A stretch of 64,000 nucleotides of DNA from Amoebophrya sp. A120 (Eukaryota > Protista > Dinoflagellata): NCBI GenBank assembly GCA_905178155.1, contig CAJINV010000018.1:254479-318478 (forward strand), read 5' to 3'. A model generated the notes under the pieces. The model was not told where the DNA came from. It saw only the letters and a program-made list of their open reading frames with translations, and did not search any database. The number at the start of each line of letters is the position of its first letter. Position 1 is the first letter of the stretch. Positions 36,227-48,760 of the stretch are shown piece after piece. A program made the position numbers and the translations under genes.

Positions 36227-37070
36227 TCAGTCCGCGCAAATCCGTTTTGAGTTGTATGGAGGAGGGCGATTCCTCGACATAACATTCGCGATCTTTCGGA
36301 TGATATCTCTCTTCCGCTGCGGCTTTGCGCCGATGGGGATGCTGTTCTTGGGCGTTATCCCACGAAAAAACTGTATCACTGTGACGATTTTGCAAGATCT
36401 GCATCGCAAGTTTGTAGTTCCACATGACAAACAAAACTTGGCATGCGTGCTTCCTTCACTCTACGGGAAAACACAGCTAAAAATCCAATGTCTTGCATGT
36501 GTAGCAAGACATCAAACACATTTGCATTCCGTTCAATGCATCACAAGTTCACAGTGAAGCAGTTTTTTCTTGCGATACTAGGCGTGGACGCGGCTGTACT
36601 GTGACTCACGGACGACACTTTCCGTGTCGCGGTGGGGTGCACGTGGTGTTTTTTCGTGATTTTTTGCTGATCCTTCTTGGTCATTTCGGCCTCCTCCAGC
36701 CCGCGCAGGTAGTCCCCGAAGTTGATGCCCTTCAGCTTGTGAGACGAAGTGGGAGGACGGGCCTTTTCCTCATCGATTTCGGGCAACAAATAATCGCAAC
36801 ATCAAATAGCAAATATATGTGAAGTCCTCCGGGTCGTAGTTACTGAGAAATTTATAACTGATGCAACTAAATACTCAATCGTGGCGCTGCTCCAAATCTA
36901 TCAGACATACTAGTACCACAATGGAGGCTGGTTTTGCAAATAATACGCCGCTTCTGTCCATGACACAAATGGCGCAACTGCAACTGTTTCATCAATCTTG
37001 TTTCTCACGACCCGACCTCACATGATTTGACGTGCGGGATAAGGCATGGAGCACGGATTTGGATGTCGGG
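36227..37070 (-). CDS. Small hypothetical protein, 3' exons (5' structure unresolved, may extend to ~37550)
   Basis: ORF 36541-36789 (PEIDEEKARPP...STP) joins in frame to KNSIPIGAKPQRKR...ICAD* (stop 36227) after removing the family H element 36356-36580 plus TSD GGCGT; a probable decayed element lies upstream at 36786-37041. Confidence 0.5.
36356..36580. mobile_element. Introner family H
   Basis: TIR H; TSD GGCGT; extra CTA between the right TIR and the TSD. Confidence 0.85.
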
Positions 37071-38212
37071 TACATTTTTTTCGTCTGCACAATATGCCAC
37101 ATCTATCACATAGAGAAATCTACTTCGAGACAAGCAGCCCCTTTTTACTGTGAACAAATCTATTACAGGACATTTTATTTTTCCCACGACCCGCCATTGG
37201 CTCGCAAGCTGTGCCGGTTCATGACATCAAGGTGAGACATAGAGACGCTGTGACGAGGAGTACTAGAATCATAATAATTACGCACACAGATGAAGATCAT
37301 GACCGATCCACGACCACATGCCACACGGACAGCTGCGTTAAAGTTCTTGTTTCTCGTGATAAGGTTTTAAAGTCCCGCGTCATCCCAGCGTTCTGCTCGG
37401 CCTCCGTGAGGGGGTCTGCCATGATTGGCTCCACACGACGTTCTTGGGGGGTAGTCGTCGTACGTTGTTCCTGCACATAGACATCACGCTCTTCGAGCAT
37501 GTTCAAACTGTGACGAGAGGTTGTAGAGCGTCTCATTTTTCGTGCAAAGCACAAAGTAGAAAAAAAAGCAAAGAGGGTTCAATATATAAAACTCGGTTTA
37601 TTTGTTTACACAGACTCGAAAAATCAATACGGTATTAAAAACCGGAACATCAACGTAACAGATAGAATTTCGAAAAGACCTTTGACCTCTGTTTCTCTCG
37701 AAAAAAAAAAACCACTCTGGCAGGACTGGCAGGACTTCTTCGTCCACGTGCTTCAAAATAACTTTACTCGAGCTTCTAATCAAAACTATGTTTGGAGAGG
37801 AAATGACACAATATTTTCCAGCGCGCCGCAACGAGGACACGCGGGCGAACTCGCGAGACCATGCCTGCTCTAGCTCTAGGCAGACCTTTGTATAGAACCA
37901 CGAAAGCTGCAAGATACTGCCGGGGCATCAAAGAGAAGAAACAAAACTGCTGATCCACAAAAACTCAAGTAACCAATTAATTCACATTACGCACTGATCG
38001 AAAATGATATCCAAGTTTGGAGAACGAAAAAATGAAAAAAAAAAACTGCTAGTTCACCAGACCGAAAAACGTTGCAGACCGCAGCGAAGCTTTCACGGCT
38101 CGAGAAGGACTGCCTCGCGGCCTTAGAAGAAATCGTCAAACGATACGCAACAGCGAAAGTGTACGTTGCGCCGTAAAAATAAGTCCTAGCCTCGGAAAGA
38201 ACAGACATCCTG

Positions 38213-39542
38213 GACGAGAACACCGAACTGCTCATCAACTAGTTTGCTGCATGCGCTCCAGCTCCAGGTGGTGGTGGCCCGAATCACGCACCCAGAAATC
38301 ACGCACCTAGAATCACGCATCCACCACTCACACGCACCCAAAAGGTGCGTGTTGGGGGTGCGCGCGCGGCAGGTGCGCCGAGATGAGGCGGGCGGCCCGA
38401 TGAGGTCGGGGCCCGCACCGAGGAGCGCGCCGGGCTGGATTGGTAGGCCAACACAGATAGGCTAGGCCGAACGGCAACACGACCGCGCCAGGCAGTGCGC
38501 TAGCGACACCGGCGAGGGAGTGAGACGGGGAAAATCAAGCACCGCCTTGCGCGGGCTCCGACTTCGGCCGGCCGCGACCCCCGGGCCACCACCCACCGAC
38601 CGCCCCCCCGGAGGGACTTCGACCTCGGCCGGCCGGGGCCTCGGCGGGGGGCGGAGGCTTCGGCGCGCCGCCTCGCTGGCTCGAGCTTCGGCCCCCCACC
38701 ACAGAAATACACACCGAGGGGGGGCAGGGGCCGTTTAGGTCGAAGTCGAGTGTCTGTGTTTTCGAGCCCGCGGCAGTAGATTAAGTCCTGCGCTGTGGCT
38801 GCTGGATGAAGAATCCAAAACCAGCTTGGCCGGTCGTGGGCCCGAGTCGGTGACTTGGGGTGCGTGGCTGAAGTGTCTTGCCAGCCGCTCTGCTCCGAGT
38901 GGGGTTTCGTCCGCCGACAGGGTCACCACCGCGGACTCGCTTCCCCCGCCCGGCCAGACGCGGCCCTGGGGAAGCCGGGGGCGTCCAGGCACGGCGCCCC
39001 GGCCATCCATCGCCTCCCTCGAGACCGGCTCCGGTCAGCCCCGAGAGTCGGGAAGCGGTCGCGCTTGTGGCGCCTCCTGTAGCTTGTGGCGCCCACTGCT
39101 GAATCGTCGGCGTGTGTGCGCTCCACGACATGGAGAGCTGCTGTCAAAGCGCGCCGACGCTCAGGCCATTGGGCTTAATTACTTCAGGGGAGGGCGCCGG
39201 ACTTACTCTAGCACAGGCCGCTTCCCAGCTCATATCACCTCCGGGCTGCTTGACTTACTATAGCGAACGCCACGGCTCCCAAGCAAAAGCAGGCGACGGC
39301 CACGCCCGGCTCACAGTGTCTGTCCAATGGCTCGACGCGGGGCCACAAATCTGGCAAGGACACAACGAAAAGGGCACGGAGCCCGCGCTGCTCCTCGCCA
39401 TTTAATCTCGATCCTCGTTCTATTTACTTACTTTCCCCTGGTAGCTTCCCTTGGAATATCTACTACTTGAAAAAGTGCACTGCTGTCATTGCTTGACGAG
39501 AACACCGAACTGCTCAGCAACTAGTTTGTTGCACGCGCTCCA
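38213..39542. repeat. 48-bp direct repeats (38213-38260, 39495-39542) flanking a ~1.23-kb GC-rich insert
   Basis: GACGAGAACACCGAACTGCTCA(T/G)CAACTAGTTTG(C/T)TGCA(T/C)GCGCTCCA, 45/48 identical. Confidence 0.85.
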
Positions 39543-41123
39543 CGCAAGCTAAGCTGCGGTGTGTTTGTCCTGCTCGAGATGGGCTGAGAAACAAGATCTA
39601 CTTCCTCATTTCGCGGACTGCGAATCATATTACCGGTCGTTTTGAGTCCTCCTGCCAAACAGCAAAATTCCTGAAATCTTTCTTGTTTATCCCGGCGCAT
39701 TGACCACAATAGATATTGAACAAGGCGAGACAACACACCACCGCTGGTTCAACCCCGTAATATCTTTTCCTGAAATCTTCACTCCCGTTCAACCTTGAGT
39801 GTCAGCTCGAGCTGGTTCCTGAGTTGTTGCGGTACTAGGAGCAGACTCCATTAGCTCGCAACGGTGCGACGTACCAATGGTCTTCCTGAAGTTGTAGCCC
39901 CTGTTCATCCGGCGCGTTCTTTCGCAGAGTGGCGGAGGAAAAAAAACTTGTGCACCCGGCGGACCTTTGACAGCGGTTTGACACGTCATGTCACCGACTG
40001 CCTCCACCTCCAAGCATTATCTCCGGCTCGGCAACCATCTTGTGTTTTCAGCTGGTGCAGAGGGAGCAGCAACCTTGCGGTTGTTGTCCATCTAGGAACA
40101 AATTGTCTAGCGTCCTGCCGAGAAATTGAAATACCCTGCTTTATTTTCTACTGCAAAAGAAAGATCCAGAAGACGACCGCGATTTCTACTCGGCAGGCCC
40201 GCCGTTGTAAGGAGCAGGATCCGAATATTGTGGCTACCGATCTATACATCGTGCAGCAGATGCTGAACCGCAAAAACTTCACTTTGGCTGAACTCCAACC
40301 AGTCGTGCGTTTTTCTTTGCAGCTGAGCTCGAGATTTTGTCACCATCTGCACCATCCAACTCAATGATCCGGAAACCGATATGTCTGTAGTGATTCTGTG
40401 AGCAGAAATAAAATACCTAAAAGAGGCTATTTTCGTCTGATAAATACGGGTGTGGATCTTTTTTGACAAGGAAATAGAACAACTAGCCCCCTGGTGCATC
40501 TCTTGTTCGATGTAATCGATTAGATCGTTAATACCACTGCCGCATGACGACCGAAGGATGAACGTCTCACTTCGAATTATTTCTGGTTTCTGTGACCGCG
40601 TCGAGACCTTCACGTCTCGGTTTCTTTTCTGGGAACATAGTTGCATCTTCGTGGCCTCGACTAAAATACTTCTTGTTGCCGGAAGCTCTTAACCTTCAAT
40701 ACGCGCTTTCGCAGCTCCTGCACAACAAATTTACTTGCTTGTCTAATGTGCTCCACTCGCATAAGTAATTGCGGTTGCGCTGTTGATCTTTCCTATCCCT
40801 TCGGGCCCAATTTGTCGAGATTAGGGGGCTCATTGATCTTGAAAAAATGAAATCCGCGAGGAGGAATTTTCTTGCATTTTCTGCACGAAAGTCATACTAA
40901 ATCGTCCTCGCGGGCAGCGGACTTTGACAGTAGCAATCATGTAGCACTTGTTTCTTTATTACCTTTTTTCATCTCTGGTGTAGTGCTCATGTGATGTCCT
41001 CCGTAGCGTTTGCGATAGTTCAACTACGGGAACCGTTTGCAGCTTGTAATTCGGATGCAGAAGTAGAAATGCCATAGATGAAGCTCGACAATTTATTCCA
41101 AACGTGCCAATCGAATAAACCAA

Positions 41124-44100
41124 TCACCTCCACGATTGCCCCTTTCGACTGGCCCTGATTTCGGGAGATTTGTTCGTACTGCTATGGTCCGCGTGCATAG
41201 TTTCAAGTTCTGCACGACCAGCACCTCCCGAGGTTGCAGCCGCCTCTTATCCTGTGCAAAAGTATCGTACTCGTAGTAATCGCAATCATGCATTACAAAT
41301 ATTTTTCTTAAGGTAAATCCGCATGACAAATTTTCTTCCTCATGCCGAGGGAATTTGTAATGCATTTATACGAGTACGATACTTTTGCTGTGCATACCTC
41401 TTCATCTTGGTTGATGTTTTCTATTTCTTCCCCTCCATGGCGTGCTTCTTGCGCTGGTGCGGCAAAATTATCGGAGCTTGTAGTTGTAGTTCTTTCTGCA
41501 ACATTGATTCTATCTTCGTGTTCTATTCTATCGGGTAGCCCGGTATTTCTCGTCCTCGCACTGGTACTAGCTTGTCTTGCTCTTGCAGTATTCGACGCCG
41601 CCTCCTCTGCCTGGTCGAGCTCCCGTGTTTATCAAAACGAAAAATCCCCCCTCCCCATACTGACAAGTCACGTTTTTGAAAATTTGCGTTGCTGATTTGT
41701 GACCCCAAATCGTCTCTGTGTTGCATGAAGGCAGCTCCACAGGCTCCGCTGCATTCTACAGGCGGGCTGTCATGCTGTTGCACCTACAGCCTAGATATCT
41801 TTCGTGCAACGCGCCAAGGCCAAAACCCGTCTCCTCAGGCTTAATATGGGCCTCCAGTCCTCGCCAGCAAGACAAATCCGATTTGTGTACGCAAATCCAG
41901 CATCAGAAACTTCGATTTGATATGGGGAGGGGGGATTTTTCATTCTGATAGTGCTAATTTGAGGATGGGAATGAAGTGCTCTTCACTTGCTCTCCCTGCT
42001 TCAGTATCAAATGTAAAAATGTCTGGGTCTGGAAGAATGCAACTTGTGATGCTAACTTTGGATTCTAAAAAAATCTGTATTGCATGACCAGCAAGAGCAG
42101 GCGCCCAGTTTGTGCTACGCGGGGAGGGCATTTGTCATGCGGGATAGGCATCAGGAACGTCTCTAGAAATATGTGATGCTAGGTCATGCATTACAGACAT
42201 CCTGAGTCATGCAAAATATGCATGACAAACCTGGTAACCTTCCAGACCCAGACATTTTTACATTTGATATTCAGCTTCTCCACCCGCTTCTACTTCTGCT
42301 GCCGCATAATTCGAGGAAGCTGCTGTGTCTTCTTCTAGTTCCGATGGTTTGATTTCATTTTGGAGATCATCACTTGGCATGGCCTTGTAACTACCCGAGT
42401 AGCGGTTATCAAGTGCAAATATGTCTGCGAGAGTGCAAACAAACTTGTCATGCAGAATTTCCATACCGCATGAGGTCTGGAATGCAGGACATAGCATGAC
42501 AGAGTCTGCGAGGTCTCTATCATGCCTGTTCTGCACGAGAAACTTCCTCTCATGGTGGTCAGAAAGGGGCGTCTTTTGTTGATCACGCAAGACACATTTT
42601 TGTGTGATCCACCGGACGCATCACAAATTCCATCCTTCCAGACCCAGACATATTTGCATTTCATAGCGGTTGACAACTTGACTTTTCCCCTTGTAGAAGG
42701 AGGAAACCCGCGGGTAGAGCTTCCGGCGGCCCAGATCAAAAGACAGAGTGATGCTCTTCCTGTATTGTGAGGGAAAATCCCCCCAACCCATATTGAAAAA
42801 GCAGCATCCTTCTGAAAATTTGTGATGCAGATTTGTGATCACAAATCATTTTTGTCTTGCAAGAAGGCAAATGCATAGGTCTGCGCCGCATTATGGAGGA
42901 AATTTGTCACCCTGTCTGGCCTGCAGGGCAGGCCTTTCCCGTGCTAAACAGCTAGACCTTCACGGTTCATCCCAACAAGCTGAGAATCTACCTGCAGTCT
43001 TCTACTGCAAGACAGAGTCCATTTGTGTACGCAAATCTAGCATCAGAAACCTCGGCTTGATATGGGCAAGGGGGATTTTTCCTTTTGATATCATGGTTTG
43101 GCTGTTCAGCTGCAGTTTGTTCAAAGCCTTGGCCTATGCATCGAAAATACGTTTGGGTCTGGAAGCGTACAACTTGTGATGCTGACTTTGGATTCTAAAA
43201 AATTTTGCCTTGCATTAGCAGCTAGAGGAGTTTAGTTTTTGCTGCGCAAAGAGGGCGTTTGTCATGCGGAATGAGCATCAAGGCAAACTCAAAAAATCTG
43301 TGATGCTAGGGCATGCATCACAGACACAATGGGTCCGTGCAAGATGTGCATGACAAACGTTGCATTGTTCCAGACCCACACAAATTTGCGTTTGATATGG
43401 CCTGCAGACTCCCAAATTCGGCGGACGACTTGTCGTAGACTCGAAAATATGAATTGCAAAAGTCTCGTACTCGTATAAATGCATTACAAATTTCCTCAGC
43501 AAGAGAAATAAAATTTGTATTGCGGATTTGCCTTAATAAAAAGATTTGTAATGCAAGACTTGCCTTTATACGAATACGATACTTTTGCATTTCATAGAAA
43601 AAGCTCGGGCATCAAGAAGAAAAAGCCGCCACTCCCCATATCAAAACTGAAACCTGTATGTCTAACTCTATAGAGCATCACAAACCCCCTACATTCATAC
43701 TGCGGCGAAAACTCGGGCAGCTCTGCTCTTTCGCAAGACAGACACGATTTGTAACCACACAAATCAGCATCGCAACTTTCATACAAGTGTGCCTTTCTGG
43801 TACTATGGGGACGAGGGGGGATTTTTCCTTATCGGATATCGGGGAACGGGACTTCATCCCAGATGCTGAAGTGCCCTGCCGTGTCTGCGGTTTGGGTGTA
43901 TAATTCTTCTTTTCCTCGCGGCTGCACATCCAGGTCCCAGTCCGCCGTTTCGCGCCCGGCGACCAGATCGTGGTACCGCTTCGCAATGCCCTGTATGATC
44001 CAGTTGCGCCTGCTTTTCTTGGGCTCGAACACACTGTGCGAGTTGAAGGGCCGGGTGCTATCGAAAGGAAAAATCCCCCCTCCCCATATCAAAACGAAAT

Positions 44101-47100
44101 CTCTGATTTTGGAAGGCTAAGGGCAGGGCGTCCCTTTAACGAAATCCAGTACAAACTGTGAACCGCGTACCCGGTAAACGTCATGAAGGAATTTTGGATA
44201 CCCGGTAAACGTCATGAAGGTATCATGTAAAACGAAATCTCTGATGCTGGATTTGTGCACACAAATCCGCGCTGTCTTGCTGGAGAGCACTGCAGGCCCA
44301 TACCAAGTGCGAGCGCAAGGGTTTTGGCTTAGCCGCTTAGCATGAAAAACGCCCGCGCTGTAGGCCCAACAGCATGACAAACCGCCTGCACAATGCGGCG
44401 GAGCCTGCGGAGTTGCCTTCTTGCAAGACAGACGCGATTTGTGAACACAAACCAGCATCACAAATGTTCAAAAATATACCTTTTCGGTATGGGGAGGCGG
44501 GATTTTTCCTCTCAATACGTGCTGAAGTTGTGGTAGGCTGCGAGCAGGGGCAGGAAAAAGACACAGTACATGAAAAAAACTTCGGCCGCAAAAGACAGCC
44601 GGGATACGCGCAGTTGAAACTCCCGACAACGGTACAGGTTTTGTGTCGTTTCGGTGGCCGTGCTCATCTCCTGAGTGATCCGCCCCTCGGTTACGTCTCC
44701 GCTCCAGTCGATTGGTTCAGTTGATGCTCTCCTGGCGACAGCAGTTTGTTCTACTTCATGATCCGTAGTTCTTTCGGATCGCCCCTCGTCCTCCACCTCC
44801 GTCGGGTCCTTACTCGTTGCATCGGCGCTCGTAGCCTTGCTTTGCTCCCTTTCCGCGGCGAACCGTTTCATCAGTGTCTCTTCGCGATAGTTCGCACAGA
44901 AGATCACGCCCTGGATATCCTCAGTAAAAACGTCCCCGCCCACAACTTGTCATGCAAAACCGCATCTACTCAAAGTGTTTCTCATGCCATTAGCTAAGCA
45001 GGACTTAATACGACGCCACCAGCTTAAATTTTTATTTTTCATGCGCAACAGCCAAACTTTGCTGCTTTCTGTAGCAAAGTAGTCCCCATCTTGAGGACTC
45101 TGGGAGCGGAACGGGAACGTTTTTACATAACATACTGGAAGGCGACGAGCGTAAAACCGAACAGAGTCGCCAGCAGCAGGCAGAGGAGTCGCGCCCAGAC
45201 CATTCGGTCCCACGGTCGGGCCCGATCGGGCTTATCGCAGGAAAAAACTGTTTCACTGTGATGATTTTGCAAGATCTGCAACACAAGTTTGTTACACATG
45301 GCACAGAACATTTGCCATGCGCACTTCCCAAGGGAAAACACCCTCGAAAATCCAATGGATTGCATGTGCAGCAAGACAAATAGCTGTGTGTTCCATTCCA
45401 TGCATCACAGTGAAACAGTTTTTTCGTGGGATAGGGCTCGGTCAGGGTGTAATCAAAGCAACCGATGTGCCACTGGTAGCCATCTTGCAGATATCGAGGA
45501 TGAAAAAAACTGTGGTACAGTAGCTGTCTTGATGGTGTGCTGACAGCATGACAAATCTGTTCTGCATGACAGACAAAGCCTGTCATGCACAGCTAATCCG
45601 TGAAGAGACGACGACACATGGAAGAGGACAACTCCATACCTGGCTTCTAGCGTATAAAATGTAAACTCTGTCGCATGTAGTTGTTTTGCGTATACTGACA
45701 GTAGAGTTGTTACAATTAGTACACAGCTTTTTTCTTGCATAGCAGAATAGGGTTCGCGTACACGTTGGCAGACCGCTCCTCGGTATCAAATATCGCCGTC
45801 ACGTAGGAGAGGGGTACGGCCTCGCCCCACACCAGCTGTAACCACTCGAAGGAAAACAAAATCAGCGACCCGGCTGCAGCGGAACAGTTGTGAATCACCC
45901 CGAGCCAGTTTGTGAAGGTGTTTGCCTTGGCGTTTCGAATTCTTGTCGCCGATCGATGTCCTACCAGGTCCACGTTCTCTTCGGCAAAAACCATTGAGAG
46001 GAAAAGTCCCCCCTCCCCATATCGAAAAGGTATGTTTCCGAAAATTTGTCTTGCTGATTTGAGGCCACAAATTACGTCTGTCTTGCAAGAAGACAACTCC
46101 ACAGGCTCTGCCGCGTTATGCAGGCAGTTTGTGATGCTGCTGTTCTTACAGCATAGTCGTTTCTCATGCTAAGCGCCCAGGCCAAAACTTCCCTACTCAG
46201 GCACAGCATAGGCCTGCAGTCCTCTCTAGCAAGACAAATCTGATTTGTGTACGCAAATCCAGCATCAGAAACTTCGTTTTGATATGGGGTGGGGGCTTTT
46301 TTCACTTTGATAAACACGGACCGGATGTTTTTCGCCATCTCGCTATCCTGAGTAAAAACGTACCCACACCAGAGTTGTAATGCAGATTTGCAAAGACAGG
46401 AAGACTTGTAATGTCCAATCGTGTTTTGGAATTTGTGATGCTGTGAACAGGATGAGCAGCTGGATTTGTGATGCGGCTGCACTTGCTACCCTGCACTACA
46501 CTGCAGAGTTCAACTTGTCATGCGTGACTCACAAAACTCCTACGTTTGTGTTGCAAAATCCTCATCCTAACTCTGGCGTGGGTACGTTTTTACTCAGGAT
46601 ACTCGCGCTCCGCGATCACGTCATACACAGCGGGGATCACGGCCGTGAGTACGAAGCAGAAGCTCGGCACCACGATATCCTGACCAAAAACGGCCCCACG
46701 CCAGAGTTGTCAGGCAAATTTGCTTGCCCAAATGGTGTCTCATGCGCAGGCCCCATGAGGAGCATTTTCTCATGCTGTCTGGGCGACCTTTGTCACGCTG
46801 TAATCAGGATAAGGAGCTAGATTTGTGATGTAGCTTTACTAGCCAACCACGAGGATTATACTACAGATGTAAGCTTGTCATGCGCAACAGCCAAACCTTG
46901 TTGATTTGTGTTGCAAAATCCCCACTTCGACTCGGGGGTGGGCGGGACATTTTTCCTCAGGATACACGAGCCACACGCCCCGCAGCAAAATTTCCTCCGC
47001 GGGCGCCAACCGCGCAAGCCCCGGATCCCCGCGGTCAATCTCCAAGAACTCAGTCCGCCGCCAGGGGCAAAAGGACTCGTAACACTCGAAGGGGTGCCGG

Positions 47101-48760
47101 GCGAGCAGGGTCGAAATCATGTACAGTGTGAGCGTGACCGTAAAAATGCGGCCTTGCGGGCTGCTCTGGTGCTTACAGCAATTCGACAGCGTTCCACGTC
47201 GATGGAAGTCGTGGGGCAGCCCCTGCTCCGCCTCTTCGGCATCGAGCTCTTCTTTCGAGAGCTCCTCACTCAACCGGTTGTCGATGCCGATCGGATATGC
47301 TCTGCAAAAGTATCGCACTCGTAGCCATTGCAGTTATGCATTACAAATCTTTTTCTTAAGGCAAATCCGCATTCGAGATTCTATTTCTCATGCTGAGATG
47401 AAAGTTTCAGTTTGTAATGCATTTTTACGAGTACGATTTACGTTTCTTTGCAAACCATACCAGAAGTTTCACCTTCGAAAAAGGGGAGAACACCAGGTAC
47501 CAGGGAAGCATGGTGCCCGTCACCACCGACAGATAGCCCGTATCAAATGCAAAAGTGTCTGGGTCTGGAAGAATGCAACTTGTGATGCTGCATATGGATT
47601 CCAAAAAAATCTGTATTGCATGAGCAGCAAAGGGAGTGCGGTTTTTGCTACGCGTAGTAGTAGTGACCATTTCACTCCTGGCGGGTGGGCATTTGTCATG
47701 CGGAATAGGCATCAAGATGCCCGCAAAACGTCTGTGAAGATGCTAGGGCATGCATCACAGACATCATGGCTCATGCAAAACGTGCATGACAAGTCTCAGA
47801 ATCTTCCAGACCCAGACATTTTTGCATTTGATAGCCCGTGACCAGCAACAACATCGCCAGTGCCTTGTCTGCCGCAATGACACCAAAAACGACGGCGAGC
47901 AGTAAGCGGACCAACGACCAGGTGACCGCACCGCAAAATCGGATGTGTTGCTGTGTGTGGAACAGGGCTTCGCGCCAGTTTTCAACATCTTCATCTTGGG
48001 GACGAGTCTGACTTCCTTGCTGCTGCGCCAGTAAAACTTCTTCCCTCAAACTGTTCATCTCCTCCGTGTGCCTTTCTTTCATATGCTGCAGCTCGGTCGC
48101 CAGTTGGCTGTTTTGCTGCTGGACCGCGTAAAGTGCCTGGAGGATCTGTGACTGGTCGACTACAGCTCCACTGCTTGAAGTACTGGAGGCCATGTTTGAA
48201 GAGATAGCGTTGCTTGCTGATTCTGTAATTGAATCAACATCAACATCTGTCGGCGCCAGGGCGTCGCCGTGGCTGATTGCCTCGTTCTCAAGCTGGAGCG
48301 CAGAGGATGATGATGCGGTAGGAAGAGCTCCTGCGCGATGTTCAGAATCAGAAGGCAGTGACCGCCGGACAAGAAGATCATCTCCAGAAGAGTCCTGGTC
48401 TTCTGCAAAAATCTTCCCGATTTTATTTTCACTACGTGCGCGATGATCCTCTGGGTTTTTACCACTTCTACCGACAATTTCATCGTCATCTCGTGATGGG
48501 GAAAATTCTGCACCTTCCTCGATAATCAACTGCGCAGTCTTTTTTTGTCCTCGACCGCGGAGATTCGGCGTGTGCGTGTTTTCATCTCCCAGATCGCTCT
48601 CGTGCTGCAGGGCCCAGAGCTGCACCTGGGCGGACTGTGCTAGCAAGCAAAGCAGCACGATATGATGTCGAAAAGCGACAGCTCGCGAGGTCGTGGGGGC
48701 GCGAACAAGTTGCCCGAAAACGAATTCTCGGCCGCACCAGGAGCTCATAGATGAAGACAT
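41124..48760 (-). CDS. Multi-pass membrane protein, 1,044 aa, 18 exons / 17 introners; hydrophobic N-terminal segment; weak Frag1/DRAM/Sfk1-like motifs (inference)
   Basis: ATG 48760, TGA 41126-41124; 7637 - 4417 - 85 = 3135 nt = 1045 codons. Hydrophobic segments include LLLAVVFGVIAADKALAMLLLVTG, RIFTVTLTLYMISTLLA, IHNCSAAAGSLILFSF, RLLCLLLATLFGFTLVAF and FAAEVFFMYCVFFLPLLAAY. Confidence 0.8.
41248..41396. mobile_element. Introner family G with GT-AG-compatible ends
   Basis: TIR G; TSD CCTCT (AGAGG on the coding strand). Confidence 0.9.
41630..41950. mobile_element. Introner family D
   Basis: TIR D; TSD GTGTT/GTGCT. Confidence 0.9.
42005..42269. mobile_element. Introner family A
   Basis: TIR A; TSD TTCAG. 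Confidence 0.9.
42407..42665. mobile_element. Introner family A
   Basis: TIR A; TSD GCGGT. Confidence 0.9.
42763..43090. mobile_element. Introner family D
   Basis: TIR D; TSD TCCTG/TCATG. Confidence 0.9.
43135..43397. mobile_element. Introner family A
   Basis: TIR A; TSD TGGCC. Confidence 0.88.
43448..43596. mobile_element. Introner family G
   Basis: TIR G; TSD GAAAA. Confidence 0.9.
43610..43838. mobile_element. Introner family D (internally deleted)
   Basis: TIR D (left end CAT variant); TSD TCGGG. Confidence 0.85.
44059..44517. mobile_element. Introner family D carrying a 121-bp secondary insertion
   Basis: TIR D; TSD GGTGC/CGTGC. Confidence 0.88.
44916..45134. mobile_element. Introner family B (shortened)
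   Basis: TIR B; TSD CTGGA. Confidence 0.85.
45233..45433. mobile_element. Introner family H
   Basis: TIR H; TSD GGGCT. Confidence 0.9.
45492..45741. mobile_element. Introner family F (degenerate)
   Basis: Diverged TIR F; TSD GCAGA. Confidence 0.82.
45992..46312. mobile_element. Introner family D
   Basis: TIR D (left end CAT variant); TSD AAAAC/AACAC. Confidence 0.88.
46344..46601. mobile_element. Introner family B
   Basis: TIR B; TSD CTCGC. Confidence 0.9.
46676..46964. mobile_element. Introner family B
   Basis: TIR B; TSD CACGA. Confidence 0.9.
47296..47459. mobile_element. Introner family G
   Basis: TIR G; TSD TCGGA/CCAGA. Confidence 0.82.
47541..47833. mobile_element. Introner family A
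   Basis: TIR A; TSD GCCCG. Confidence 0.9.

Noticed and set aside
38244-39405. GC-rich island as rRNA/ITS or as a coding gene
   Set aside because: No conserved rRNA motifs recognised; overlapping Arg/Pro/Gly-rich ORFs in many frames are what high GC produces.
33500-41100. Autonomous transposase or reverse transcriptase in intergenic ORFs (34973-35296, 39864-40367, 40242-40646)
   Set aside because: The ORFs are short, show no DDE, RT or integrase motifs that I recognise, and are not bounded by TIRs.
41093-41365. ORF 41093-41365 as the last exon frame of the membrane-protein gene
   Set aside because: Splicing out 41248-41396 plus one TSD puts the last exon in another frame, ending at TGA 41126-41124.
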